Positions 29,144 to 39,793 of a DNA stretch of 64,000 bases are shown here, one piece after another. The position numbers and the translations under genes were made by a program. Every line of letters starts with the position of its first letter. Within the stretch, counting starts at the first letter, position 1. This DNA comes from an uncultured delta proteobacterium (GTDB lineage: Bacteria; Myxococcota_A; Polyangia; Polyangiales; B10-G4): the NCBI GenBank assembly GCA_963727445.1, contig CAVSGI010000013.1, forward strand, positions 320,001 through 384,000. The letters are read 5' to 3'. The notes below the pieces were generated by a model that was not told the DNA's origin, did no database searches, and worked only from the letters and a program-made list of their open reading frames with translations.

Positions 29144-30505
29144 TCAACGACTGACGTCGAAGGCCCTGGACGTCGAGATCCGGCGGCAGAGCCCGGGGGT
29201 GAACTCGCACGAAGAGACGGCGGCGGTCAATGCTCCCGGCACCAGGATGGCGTCGCGCGTCTCGATCGGCAGCTCCGGGAAGAGGCCGCGGGCGCGAGCC
29301 GCGCCCCAGTACTGGACGTACCAGCGCGGCGCAGTGTCCACCGCGTAGGTGACGCGCTGGATGGTGTCGGCTGCGGTCGATGTCCAGCGCACGCGCTCCG
29401 TCAACGCGATCCCGTCGGCGGTCGCGACGTCCAGCGTCGGCGGCGAGAGGAATTCGGCGTCGATCGGCGCGCTGGGCGGCCCGTCCCAATCGAGGACGAC
29501 GCTCGACTGACCGCCGCCGTCCGACTCGAGCTGCAGCGTGAGGAAGGACGCTTCGCCCGCCGGCGGATCGACGAGGCCTAGCCGGGCGGTGACCACGCCG
29601 GTGGCTTCGGTGTAGGTGGTCTCGAGAGGGAAGCCGACGGTGGCGCCGATCTGTCCGCGCGGCGTGACCGTGCTGAGCGCGGCGAGTGGTAGCGCGCTGT
29701 CGAAGAACGGCGTGCCGCTCGGCACCACGTAGGCGATGGTCCGCTCCGCGAGCGGGACGTCGGTGGAGAAGTCGAGGACCAGGTCCGTCGTCTCGTCTGC
29801 CGCTGGCGTCTCGAGGAAGGTCGCGTCCACCATCCACTGTCGGCCGCGCGCGCCGAAGGTCGCAGGCGAGAGCGCCCAGGCCCAACCGATCAACGTGGTG
29901 GAGGGCTGAGGCGACATGCGGATGGTCCAGGGGAGCGTGAGAAAGCCGCGGAACTGGAGCGCGTCGCCGTCGAGTGGCTCGACGAAGAGCGTGGACAGGC
30001 CCGCCGGTGCATTCACCACGGTGCCGGAGAGAGAGATGGTGGCGACGCGCTCGAGGGCGATCACCATCTGGGCCTCCTCGGCGGTGACGGGCCAGCCGCG
30101 ATCCTCGTGATGACGGATCACCTCGCGGTCGAAACCGACGTAGGTGGTCGCGATGTAGTCGGGATGGAAGGCGGTGAGCACCAGCTCACCCGCGTCGATG
30201 TCGACCCCATCGAAGGTCACCGCACCCCTGCGATTGGTCGTCGCGGACAGGAGCCCATCCGGGGTGTCGAGGAAGACCTGCGCGTCTTCGATCGGCACGA
30301 GGTCGGCGACGGGGCTGCTCACCACCACCACCGTGAACCGAAGCGGCGCCTGGGCGTCGGCGTCTTCATCGGCGGAGGCGGCGTCCGAAGCGGGGGTGGT
30401 GTCGGCCGTCGCGTCGGTGAGCGCCCCGCCATCGTCGCCACATCCGACCGTCACCGCCGCGGCGGCGAGGAGCAGGCGAAGCAAGCTCTCGGTCGTGAGA
30501 ATCAC
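29144..30505 (-). CDS. Hypothetical lipoprotein (beta-rich, carboxypeptidase-regulatory-like segment)
   Basis: Lipobox VTVG-C; PIEDAQV...TTNRRGAVTF; start overlaps upstream stop. Confidence 0.65.
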   Translation of the reverse strand: MILTTESLLRLLLAAAAVTVGCGDDGGALTDATADTTPASDAASADEDADAQAPLRFTVVVVSSPVADLVPIEDAQVFLDTPDGLLSATTNRRGAVTFDGVDIDAGELVLTAFHPDYIATTYVGFDREVIRHHEDRGWPVTAEEAQMVIALERVATISLSGTVVNAPAGLSTLFVEPLDGDALQFRGFLTLPWTIRMSPQPSTTLIGWAWALSPATFGARGRQWMVDATFLETPAADETTDLVLDFSTDVPLAERTIAYVVPSGTPFFDSALPLAALSTVTPRGQIGATVGFPLETTYTEATGVVTARLGLVDPPAGEASFLTLQLESDGGGQSSVVLDWDGPPSAPIDAEFLSPPTLDVATADGIALTERVRWTSTAADTIQRVTYAVDTAPRWYVQYWGAARARGLFPELPIETRDAILVPGALTAAVSSCEFTPGLCRRISTSRAFDVSR

Positions 30506-31197
30506 GGGGTGCTGCGACAGAGCCCTTCGAGCTCACCACAGCCCACGCAGCAAGTTCCTTCGCAGCAGTGGCGATCGTTGCGGCACCAGAAGCCGCGGTC
30601 GTCGAGGGGCAGGCACATCGCCTGACAGGTCGGCGGCAGGAACTCGCCGGTCATGGCATCGGCCGCGCCGAAACAGAGACCCGACGCGCATTGCCGGTCG
30701 TCGAAGCAGGGCTCACCCACGGCGAGGAGGGTGCCGGGTCCGCCGTCCCCGGCGTCTCCAGCGTCACCCGCGTCACCCGGGCCCGGTCCGCCGTCCAAGG
30801 CTCCGTCGAGGCCACCATCGACGCCACCGTCATCCGGCCCGGCGTCGGCGCCTCCGCACCAGCTGTTCTGATCGATGGTCCCAGCCGGGCACTCGCAGCA
30901 CCCCACGTAGAACGGCTCCTCGTCGCAGGCGTAGGCGCAGAGAGACTCGATGTCGCAGGGCGAGTCGTCGCAAGAGCCGGCGTCGCCGGGGAGCGGACCC
31001 CCGTCGCTGCAGAGGCTCACGTCGAAGGTCCCCGCGGGGCACGGCGCGCACGAGGTCGTTCCCGTACCCGTCCCCGTGCAGGACGAGACGCAGAGCACGA
31101 CGCTGGAGCACGGGCCCGGGCCCACCACGGTCGGCGGCGGGTCGCCGCAGCTGCAATCCCCCAGCGTGACCAGCAGGACGATGAGCAGGATGATCAC
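30502..31197 (-). CDS. Cys-rich secreted protein or lipoprotein
   Basis: Hydrophobic N-terminus, many Cys, DGG/DAG linker, GEPC...CASGLC motif. Confidence 0.65.
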   Translation of the reverse strand: MIILLIVLLVTLGDCSCGDPPPTVVGPGPCSSVVLCVSSCTGTGTGTTSCAPCPAGTFDVSLCSDGGPLPGDAGSCDDSPCDIESLCAYACDEEPFYVGCCECPAGTIDQNSWCGGADAGPDDGGVDGGLDGALDGGPGPGDAGDAGDAGDGGPGTLLAVGEPCFDDRQCASGLCFGAADAMTGEFLPPTCQAMCLPLDDRGFWCRNDRHCCEGTCCVGCGELEGLCRSTP

Positions 31198-31280
31198 CCC
31201 CCCATCCTAGCTGAATTCGGGTCCCAGGCCCGTGCCCGGCCTCCGTCCCCAAATGAGGCCGCCGACCTGTCGCGCCCGCC

Positions 31281-31309
31281 TTGACAGCCCGCCGAGGCTG
31301 CATTAGTTG
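31281..31309 (+). promoter_or_regulatory. Putative promoter of tRNA-Gly
   Basis: Perfect TTGACA at 31281, 17-nt spacer, imperfect -10 TAGTTG, 11 nt before the tRNA. Confidence 0.45.
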
Positions 31310-31320
31310 TTCGCGCCTCT

Positions 31321-31489
<169 letters not shown>

Positions 31490-31502
31490 ACTATCCGGAT
31501 GA

Positions 31503-32689
31503 CTATTTCGTCCGGGGACCGTGCGCCGAGGCGGGGAAGAGCAGCGCCGCGACTTGGTCGCCCGCCTGCCTCGCCTCGTCCGGGAGCAGCGTCGAGTAAT
31601 GCTCCCGCATCCTGTCGGTTGCGTGCCCCACGAGGGACTTCGCGACCACTGGATCCACCTTCGCGCGCCTCAGAAGGTCGGTCATCGACCGCCTGAGCCC
31701 GTGCGAGGTGATGCGCTGCGTGATGCCCGCGCGAGCGCGGGCGGCGGCGAGCGCATCCGAGATACGCGCCGAGCCGAGGGGCGTCCCGACCCTGGATGGG
31801 AACATCAGCCCGCTCGACAAGCCGGGATGCTGCTCGCGAACGAGCCGCGCCCGATGCTCGCGGAGGAGCTCGAGCAGCACGCCCGGCACGCCGACCCATC
31901 GCGCCTTACCCGACTTCGTCGACGGCACGAGCTCGCCCTTCACCACCTTGCGGCGGACCCAGAGCACCCGCTCCTCCTCGACGAGGTCCGCGAACATCAA
32001 CGCCGACACCTCGCCCCAGCGAAGCCCGGTGAGCCCCTGCGTCCACGCCGCGGCCGCGAGCATCGGATCCCCGGCACGTAGCGCTTCGAGAAGCCGCGCC
32101 AGCTCACGCGGCGGCAGCGAGTTCGACTCCTCGAGGTTCGGCTGAACCTTGAGGAAGCGCACCTCCTCCGCCGGGTTGAACGTCAGCCCGACCGGCCGCC
32201 GCGCGTCGTTGAACATCGCGCGAAGCACCCGAAGCCAGCTGTTGATGGTCGCCGGTGCGTACTGAGCGAGCGACGCGATCATCCACCGCTCGATGTCGCC
32301 CGGCGCGACGTCGCGCATCGGCATCTCCGCGATGCGATCGCTGAGCCGGTCCAGCGCGAGCGCGTAGCGCTCGGCCGTCGACGCGTTCAGGTCACCGCGC
32401 GCGATCTTTCGCTCGAGCCACGAGCTCGCGAAATCGCCGACCACGACCGGGGCCGTCTTCGGCATCGGGCTCGGCCGGCTCACCGGCGGTCCCGAACATC
32501 GAACGTCCGGAGCAGCGCCTCGCGCGCCTCGATCGCTTCCTGCCGCGACACGTCCTCGAGAACGCGCCGCAGGTTCACGCGCTTGCCCGTCGACGGATCG
32601 ACCGGCTGCGCGCGCACGATCCACACTTTCCTCTTCAGTTGCCAAAGACCAGGCAGGACCCGCCGGCCCTGCTTTTCTGATTTCCTCAT
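31503..32689 (-). CDS. int: Tyrosine recombinase/integrase; N-terminal arm-binding domain (32480-32689) is out of frame by one base near 32492
   Basis: TGLRWGE, TKSGK, SHGLRR, VGH, MREHY catalytic set; GGAGG RBS before ATG 32689 (MRKSEKQ...LPGLWQL...DPSTGKR). Confidence 0.88.
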
Positions 32690-32906
32690 CGCGATACACC
32701 TCCGGGCGGAGGCGAGCCGCGTGAGCACGCCCTTCCAGCATAGCGAGGAGATCGACCCGACGAAACAGGAGCGTCCGCCCCCGCCGCCCGATCGGCGCCA
32801 CCTCCCCACGCTGCACCGCCATCAACAGCCCCCGGCGCGACCGATAGCGGAGGAAGACGCGCGCCTCCTCCGTCGTCATCAGCTCCTGAGATGGATCGCC
32901 GGCCAT
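32690..32906 (-). CDS. Excisionase-like HTH (HTH_17/MerR-like) whose frame overlaps the int 5' end; true 3' end uncertain
   Basis: LMTTEEARVFLRY...AVQRGEV...GRRG..LLFRRVDL. Confidence 0.7.
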
Positions 32907-33457
32907 GGGACGCCGGCGAACGTCGGTCGTCAGCGCAGCGATGGAAGGCTCCGAAATGGGGAGATCGTATTTCGGGGGGTGGGCTCGGCTCGTGGACGGT
33001 TCACTGCGCCAAGCTCGGGTCCTCGGTGCGGCGCCGAGTGTGCCAGCACCCATTCGACCAGCGATTCACCAGGTTGGCGACCAAGCGCTCCACCAAAGTA
33101 TTTGTCGGTGTCGCCTGGGTCACGCCTAGAGAACGTACGCATCCTCAGTCGAGCGGTCGATGTTTGTGTCCAAATACATCAGCCCGTTCGCTATCCGCCC
33201 GCCTGCGCGCCGGACCGGTCACCATGGAAACATCCAGCAAGCCCCGCTTCAGGTCTTGCAGCGATTCGACCCGACCTGGCGGTCGTCGAAGCGGCGAAGC
33301 CAGCCCCAAACGAGAGGACGCGGACACAGGGTGGTCGCGCCGCCTCTGCGGGCGCAGGCGAGGATGTGTGCTCCCGGTCCTTGTTTCCGTACATCGAGTC
33401 GTGGGTCAGTTGTGAGGGCGGGGAGGAAAGTATAGATGCATCCAGGGTCTCGGTCTC

Positions 33458-33877
33458 GTGGTGCTGGTGGCGATGCTGCCCGTGCCGAGACCCTGGAGAG
33501 AACGAGGAAACCAACGCGATGACCGCGATGTTGCCGGCGTGGAAAACGGGCGGCTCCTCATCGCGGCTACGGTGACCAATCTTTCCCTCGTTGTTGACGA
33601 TGTGCGCAGGTTCCCGCACGTCCGACGGTGGCACGAGGCGTCCCACGTGATGGCCATCCAAGCGTCGAGCGGCAGGATCTTCGTGGGCGGTCGAAGCTAC
33701 CGGCACACCAGCGACGGAGACGTCAACCAAGCGATCGTGTATCGGGTCGATGCTGGGGGGCTCATCTGGAGCGGAGCCTTGGGCGACGTGCGCGGATCCC
33801 CGGACGAGTGGGCGACCGACGTGGCCGTTCGGAGTGCTGGAGACCTCGTGATCTCGGCACGAATGATGGCGTTGTGA
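33458..33877 (+). pseudogene. Probable fragment of a beta-propeller protein
   Basis: GRIFVGG, GLIWSG..G...DEWATDVAV..GDLVIS blade-like motifs; no convincing start. Confidence 0.35.
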
Positions 33878-34664
33878 ACTCGCAGACCCGAAACGCCTCG
33901 ACGATCTTCTTGGCGATGACGCTGGCGGCGTGCGGGCAGTCCCATGACCCCGCTAACCCTGAGGAGGATGCCGCGATGGATGCGCCGATGGATGCACACG
34001 ACAGTGGCTTTGAGGCCGGAGCGGACTCGGCATCTCCTGATGCCGATGGCAGCACGTGGCGTCCGTGGGATGGTGGTCCTGAGGACTCGAGCGCGGGTGA
34101 CAGCGCCGAGATGGATTCCGGCCCGGTCTGCTCTGCGCGCGACGGGGGATGCCTGCCCGGAATCGAGACTTTCGAAATGGAGCCGTTTCCCGAGTTCGGC
34201 ATCGTATCGACGCCCTACATGTATCACTCCGGCCTCGTCTTGAGCATGCCGGTGCCAAACGATTTCGGGCAATCACCGGTGACCATGGTGCGCTGCGGCG
34301 CTTCGGGCTTCTTCGGTTTCCGCTGCAGTGAAGGCGCCCGTTTCATCCCGTCCGGCACCACGTTCATCGCCTCGGCCGAGATCGGTCTGCACTATGACTA
34401 CGTCGAGTTCACGCTTCCGGCGAATGCGAGCCTCGTCCGATTCCACGTGGCCGCGACATCCGACCTTTCCTCCCCCCCACCGTCCAGGCGATCGGCGTGA
34501 GCGTTGATGGTGTCGAGAGCTACGCGGTACCGCTAGTCGCCCCTCACTACACCCGCTGGGATGAGGGGGTGGTCGAGGTGCGCAGCGATGACGGGATCCG
34601 CAAGCTGCGCATCACTGTCGAGCCGCGCCGTCCCATCGCCATCGACGACATCAGCTGGGAGTAG
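33874..34664 (+). CDS. Lipoprotein cargo, frameshifted in a C7 run (34472-34478)
   Basis: Lipobox TLAA-C, D-rich linker; an extra C gives ...TVQAIGV...IAIDDISWE* ending at 34664. Confidence 0.6.
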
Positions 34665-34771
34665 CGGCCGTCAGCATCGAGGAGAACACTCGGGCGGCGT
34701 CGGGCACATCTGGCAGTAGGCGTCGATGCAGCGGTACAACGGCGCGGGGGTTCGGTCCTCGCACGCAAGAC

Positions 34772-35410
34772 TGGCGCGTCCCGCTCATCGAAGAGGATCT
34801 GTCGCTGGAAACCACGACCTTGCATCTCTCGATGGCCAGTCTGCTGCCACAAGAGGTTCTCGACGATCTGACCCGCCGATTCGGCGCTCGATTCTCCGAC
34901 CTCGACGAGCACGGTCGGCTCGCCGTGGCCACCGCCGCGGCGGAGGGGAAAGTCACCAACCGGATGCTGCAAGCCGTCACCACCGCGCACCCGCGCGACT
35001 TGACGCTGCTTCTCCAGCGCTTGGTCGCCGACGGCCTCCTCGAGCGTCACGGGGACCGCCAGGGTGCTTGGTACACGGCTCCCGAGGCTCCCAAAGCTGC
35101 TCCCCAAACCGCTCCCCAAACCTCCCCCCAAACCTCCCCCCAAACCCAAATCATCGAGGAAAACGAGGACCCCGTCGCCAAGGTGGCTGGGAAGTCCTGG
35201 GCGCGAAGAGAGGACGTCGAGCGTGCCATCCTCGCCCTCTGCAGAGGCCGATTTCGGACGGCCCGCGAGCTCGCGGATCAGCTCGGGCGGGCCGTCAAGA
35301 CGATCTCGCAGAACTACGTCTCACAGCTCGTTAAAGACGGGCGGCTCGAGCAGAAGGACCCGAGCAACCCTCAGAACCCTGACCAGGCCTACCGGACCGT
35401 CGAGAGCTGA
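34772..35410 (+). pseudogene. C-terminal remnant of an AlbA_2/HATPase_c_4 (RecG-C-like) winged-helix protein
   Basis: WRVPLIEE...LHLSMASLLP, EGKVTNRML, HPRDLT..LQRLV..GLL, NYVSQLV.DG.L...P.NP.NPDQAY; N-terminal domains absent. Confidence 0.6.
35099..35146 (+). repeat. Four 12-bp tandem repeats encoding (A/S)PQT
   Basis: GCTCCCCAAACC x2, TCCCCCCAAACC x2. Confidence 0.85.
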
Positions 35411-35547
35411 CGCCGCCGAACCTCGCGGCCCGCTGACTACCTGTTGACTACACCCCCGTGCCCAACCGTTCCCGTGCGTGCTCACGCGATGTCGCCAACG
35501 CCGCGTCTTCGTTCAATTCACAAATCGGGTCGGGGACGGTTGGGCCA

Positions 35548-35686
35548 TTGCCAAGGTTGAAGTCGTGGGTTCGAATCCCATGTCCCGCTCCACGAGACTT
35601 CGCTTAGAGGGGTAGTGATTTCGGCTGGTTGGCGATTCGTCGACCGGCCGAAGTCGTATCTGGGATCTGAGCGTCGAGCCACGTTG
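35548..35686 (+). repeat. att site, right copy: displaced 3' half of tRNA-Gly plus 94 bp of downstream DNA
   Basis: Starts TTGCCAAGGTTGAAGTCGTGGGTTCGAATCCCATGTCCCGCTCCA. Confidence 0.92.
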
Positions 35687-35774
35687 GTGGACGCTGTCCT
35701 TCAGTCGTGCTTCGCGAGTCTTGCAGGCCCTTCGATAGCCCCGCTCTGCCAGGTGGCCGGCGTACAATGCCGAC

Positions 35775-38620
35775 GTGGGGACTGGCTTCGTCGGTCGGGA
35801 CTCCGAGCTCGAGACGCTCGATGGTGTGCTCGTTCTGGCCCACGGCGGCCGAGGCGGGCTCGTCATCGTTTCGGGAGACCCAGGGATCGGCAAGACGCGC
35901 CTCTCTCTGGAAGCGTGTCGTCGCGCGGAGGCCCGAGGACAGCGCGTCGCGTGGGGCCGGGCCTGGGAAGCGGGCGGTGCGCCCTCCGGCTGGCCCGTGA
36001 CCGAGATCGTGCGCGAGATCGCCAGCGAGGCCGCCCTCGCGAAGCTCGGCGACAAGCGCGCTTTCCTCCATCCCCTCGTGCCCGACGAGCTCGTCGATGC
36101 TCCGCCCGGGCCGCAAAGCGACGACAAGAGCGCCCGCTTCCGCACCTACGAGGCGGTGATGCTCCTCGTGACGGCAGTGGCCGAGGAGACACCCCTGGTC
36201 CTCGTCTTCGACGACCTCCACGCCGCCGACGCGATGACCACCGAGCTCGTCCACTTCGTGGCGCGCTCCACGGCGGCGCGTCCGGTGGGCATCGTGGTGA
36301 CATGGCGCCCGCACGAGGCGAGGCTCTCCGCACCGTCGCTAGACCAGCTCTCGGCGATCGCCCGCGAGGCGACGATGATCGACCTCGGGCCGCTCTCCGA
36401 CGACGACGCGGCGGAGGTCGTGAGGCGTGCGCTCGGTGAGCGCGGCACCGAGGCAGACGACGGAGCGCTCCTGAGCATCCTCGAGGCCGGGCAGGGCAAC
36501 CCGCTCTTCGTCGAAGAGCTCGCGCGCGGCTCCGCGACCGGGGTGCGGCTCCCAGGCGGGCTCGAGCATGCGATCCGCGGGCACCTGTCGCGCCTCGACG
36601 AGGTGGCGCGCTCCGTGACGGAGGTCGCGGCCGTCTTCGGACGCCGCGTGGACCGCGCGTTCCTGACGGAGGTATGCGCCGCACAGCTGAACATCTCGAC
36701 CGCGGCCTGTGCCGACGCGGTCGAGCGCGCGATCGAGAACGACGTGCTCACTGCCGAAGGTCCCTCGGTGCTCTCCTTCGTCCACATCCTGGTGCGGGAC
36801 GCGCTCTACGAGTCGATCGCCATCGGCGAACGCCGGCGGCGGCACGCGACCGCCCTGAACGCCATGAACGCGCGGGGTACCGCCTCCGCCGCCGAGCTCG
36901 CGTTCCAGGCGCTTCGTGCCTACCCCGAGACGCCCGCGGATCAGGTGCTGGACCTCGCCAGCCGCGCGGCGGAGGAGGCGCGCCGCACCTACGGTTTCGC
37001 CGAAGCGGCCGCCATCGTCAGTCGCGCGATCACCACGGTCGCCGGCGATCGCTCAGTCGAGACCGAGCGGCTCGCGGAGATCGAGCTCGAGCTCGCGCGC
37101 GACGAGATCATGAGCGGACGGGTACAGGCCGGGAAGGAGATCGCCCAGCGCGTCGCGGTGGCGGCCGACCGACGAAACCCGGCTCCCGCTCGTGTTCGCG
37201 ACGCCCGCCGCCGATTGGCAGCCGATTGAAGAAGAGGCGCTGGCGTTGACGCGAAGCTACGGCGACGAGATCCAGATGCTCCGTGCGATGGCGATGGCGT
37301 TCATGACGTTCACCATGGCCGCCGACGCGGAGCGGGCGGCGGAGGTCTTGCGCGAAGCCACGGAGATCGCGCGCCGATTTCCAGAGCCCCAGCACCGCTA
37401 TCGGGTCCTGTACGCGAACGCGATGGAAGCCGCTCGCCGCGGCCACTTCGACGAAGCCGAAGCGTTCGTTCAGGAAGCCGAGGCCGCGCGGAGTTGCGGC
37501 TTCGTCGAGACGACCCTCCCCGTTCTCCCCCTCTACCGCTTCGGTCAGATGCTGACGCAGAGGCGCTGGGACGAAAGCATCGACGCTCACCAGGCAGAGG
37601 CGCTTCTGGGTACACAACAGGGCGCCCAGATCATGTTCGCCATGATGCAGGCCGAAATGGGTCGCATGGAGCGGATCCCGGCGCTGCTCGCCCAGATCGA
37701 CCGCGACTTCTTCGGCCGTCCCACCGCCATGGTCAACGGCGTCGCGAAGATGGCGATCGCGGTCGGGGATCGTTCGATGGCCGCGGCATGCCGGGACGCG
37801 CTCCTGCCGCGGCGGAGCGAGGTAATCCTCTGGGGCTTCGCCGGCTTCACGACGGAGGGAGCCCTCGCCGCCACCCTCGGAAAGCTCGCGGCCACCCTCG
37901 GCGATCTAGAGGAGGCCCGTGGCCACTTCCTGCACGCCATCGAGATCGACACGCGCACTCATGGGCGGGTGGCGCTGGCGCACGCCCACGCCGATTGGGC
38001 GGCGATCCTCCTCCGCCAGGGCGACGCCACCCACGCCAACGAAGCAGCCGAGCACCGCGCACGCGCCGATGCGCTCTACCGCGAGCTCGGCCTGGTGCAC
38101 CTGATGAGCTCACAGCCATCCGAAGGTGCGGTCGCCAGCGGCGCCTCGAGCGACGAGGTCGCGCGGGTGCTCGGCGTCGTCCGCGAAGGGGCGACGTGCG
38201 CCCTCACCCTGGGGAGCGAGACCCTGCGAGTGCGCGACTCGAAGGGCGTTCGCTACCTGGCCATGCTCGTGGAGCGCGCCGGACGCGCGGTGCACGTCCT
38301 CGATCTGGTCGCGGGCGGCGCCGGCGTGTCACGACTGGAGCTCGATGGCTCCGACGCCGGACCCGTGATCGATGAACGCGCACGCGACGCCTACCGCCAG
38401 AAGCTCTCGGACCTCGCCAGCGAGCTCGAGGAGGCCGAGAGGAACGCGGACCTCGGCCGCGGCGAGCGTGTCCAGGCCGAGATCGACGCCCTGGTGACCG
38501 AGCTGACGCGCGCGCTCGGCCTGGGCGGGCGCAACCGCCGCGCCGGCTCGAACGCGGAGCGGGCGCGGGTGAACGTCCAGCGCCGGACGGGGTCGAGGGC
38601 CCCACCCACGCGAGGGTCCA
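35775..38620 (+). pseudogene. AAA ATPase-TPR-HTH transcriptional regulator, disrupted near 37165 and truncated after ERARVNVQRR
   Basis: FVGRDSEL, GDPGIGKT, FDDLH, GNPLF; C-terminal DSKGVRYL, HVLDL, GLGGR.RR, ERARVNV; frame switch between ORFs 35775..37229 and 37192..39243. Confidence 0.7.
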
Positions 38621-39781
38621 GTGAGGCTGGGGGTCACGGTCGAGGCGACCCAGGGCTGCGGGGCGGCCCGCGTCCTGCTCTTCGCTCTGGCCGAGCTGGG
38701 CATCGAGCACCGACTGGTCGCGCGGAGCGACGGCTACTTTCTCGAGCGCCACGGCCGACCCGGGCCCGTGCTCCGGGACGAGGCGAACACGTTCGTCGGC
38801 TTGGCGGCCTGCCTCGACCACCTGGCGAGCCCGAGCGAGCGGGCCGCGATCGAGGCGTTCACCCGGCGCTTCCACCCCGCCCTCCGCGCGGTCCTCGCGA
38901 AGCGCGACGACGAGGCGACGCGGGCCGAGCTCGAACGCGCCCTGCGCGATCTGAGCGAGGCGCTCGGGGATCGGAAGTACCTGCTGGACGCGCCCAGCCT
39001 CGCCGACACCAACGCCCTCTCCCTCCGCGTCGCCGCCTTCTTGGGCTTCGACCTCGTGCGCTGGCCGAGCCTGGTGGCCTACCGCGCTCGGGTGGAGTCC
39101 CGGCCAGCGTGGGAGCTGGCATCGACGGAGATGGACGAGATGCATCCCGAAACTCTCCTCCGCTTCTGGTTCGGAGACGCGCCGGCAGATTCGGAGGGAG
39201 CGCTGATCGCGAAGGTCCGGCGCTGGTTCCAGGGCGGCCCTGATTTCGATCGCGCGATCGAGGCCCGGTTCTCGCGACTGGTGAGAAAGGCGCTCGCCGG
39301 CGATCTCGACGCCTGGACCGCGACTCCCCGCGGCCGCCTGGCGCTGGTGATCGCCCTCGATCAGCTCCCGCGCAACCTTCATCGCGAAGAGCCGAGGGCC
39401 TACGCGGGCGACGCGCGAGCGCAGGAGATCGCGCTCGAGGCGATGGACGCGGGGGCGCAGCGGGCGCTGAGCGCGGAGGAGCGGATCTTCCTGAACATGC
39501 CCCTGGTCCACGCCGAGGATCCGGTGCTGCAGGAGCGGGCCGTCGCCGAGGCCCGCGCGCTGGCGGCGGACGCCGAGCCCTCCGTGCGTGACGCGCTCTC
39601 GATGGCCGTCGAGCAGGCGGCGAAGTATCGCGACGTGATCGCGCGCTTCGGTCGTTTCCCTCACCGAAACGTCATCCTCGGGCGCGAGAGCAGCCCCGAG
39701 GAGGAGGCTTTCCTGATCGGCTGGCGCGAGCGCGTGCCGCCAGCACGGCTCCGCGCGGGCGCTCAGTCGCGGGTCGCGTAG
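38621..39781 (+). CDS. Glutathione S-transferase-like domain fused to DUF924
   Basis: N-part ALAELGIEH, LSEALGDRKYL...SLAD, WPSLVAY..RVESRPAW; C-part FWFG, LDQLPRN, FGRFPHRN.ILGRES. Confidence 0.8.
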   Translation: MRLGVTVEATQGCGAARVLLFALAELGIEHRLVARSDGYFLERHGRPGPVLRDEANTFVGLAACLDHLASPSERAAIEAFTRRFHPALRAVLAKRDDEATRAELERALRDLSEALGDRKYLLDAPSLADTNALSLRVAAFLGFDLVRWPSLVAYRARVESRPAWELASTEMDEMHPETLLRFWFGDAPADSEGALIAKVRRWFQGGPDFDRAIEARFSRLVRKALAGDLDAWTATPRGRLALVIALDQLPRNLHREEPRAYAGDARAQEIALEAMDAGAQRALSAEERIFLNMPLVHAEDPVLQERAVAEARALAADAEPSVRDALSMAVEQAAKYRDVIARFGRFPHRNVILGRESSPEEEAFLIGWRERVPPARLRAGAQSRVA

Positions 39782-39793
39782 GGGCGCCGCGAG

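Noticed and set aside
35548..35592. Second tRNA-Gly gene
   Set aside because: Only the 3' half from the anticodon loop is present; it is the att duplication.
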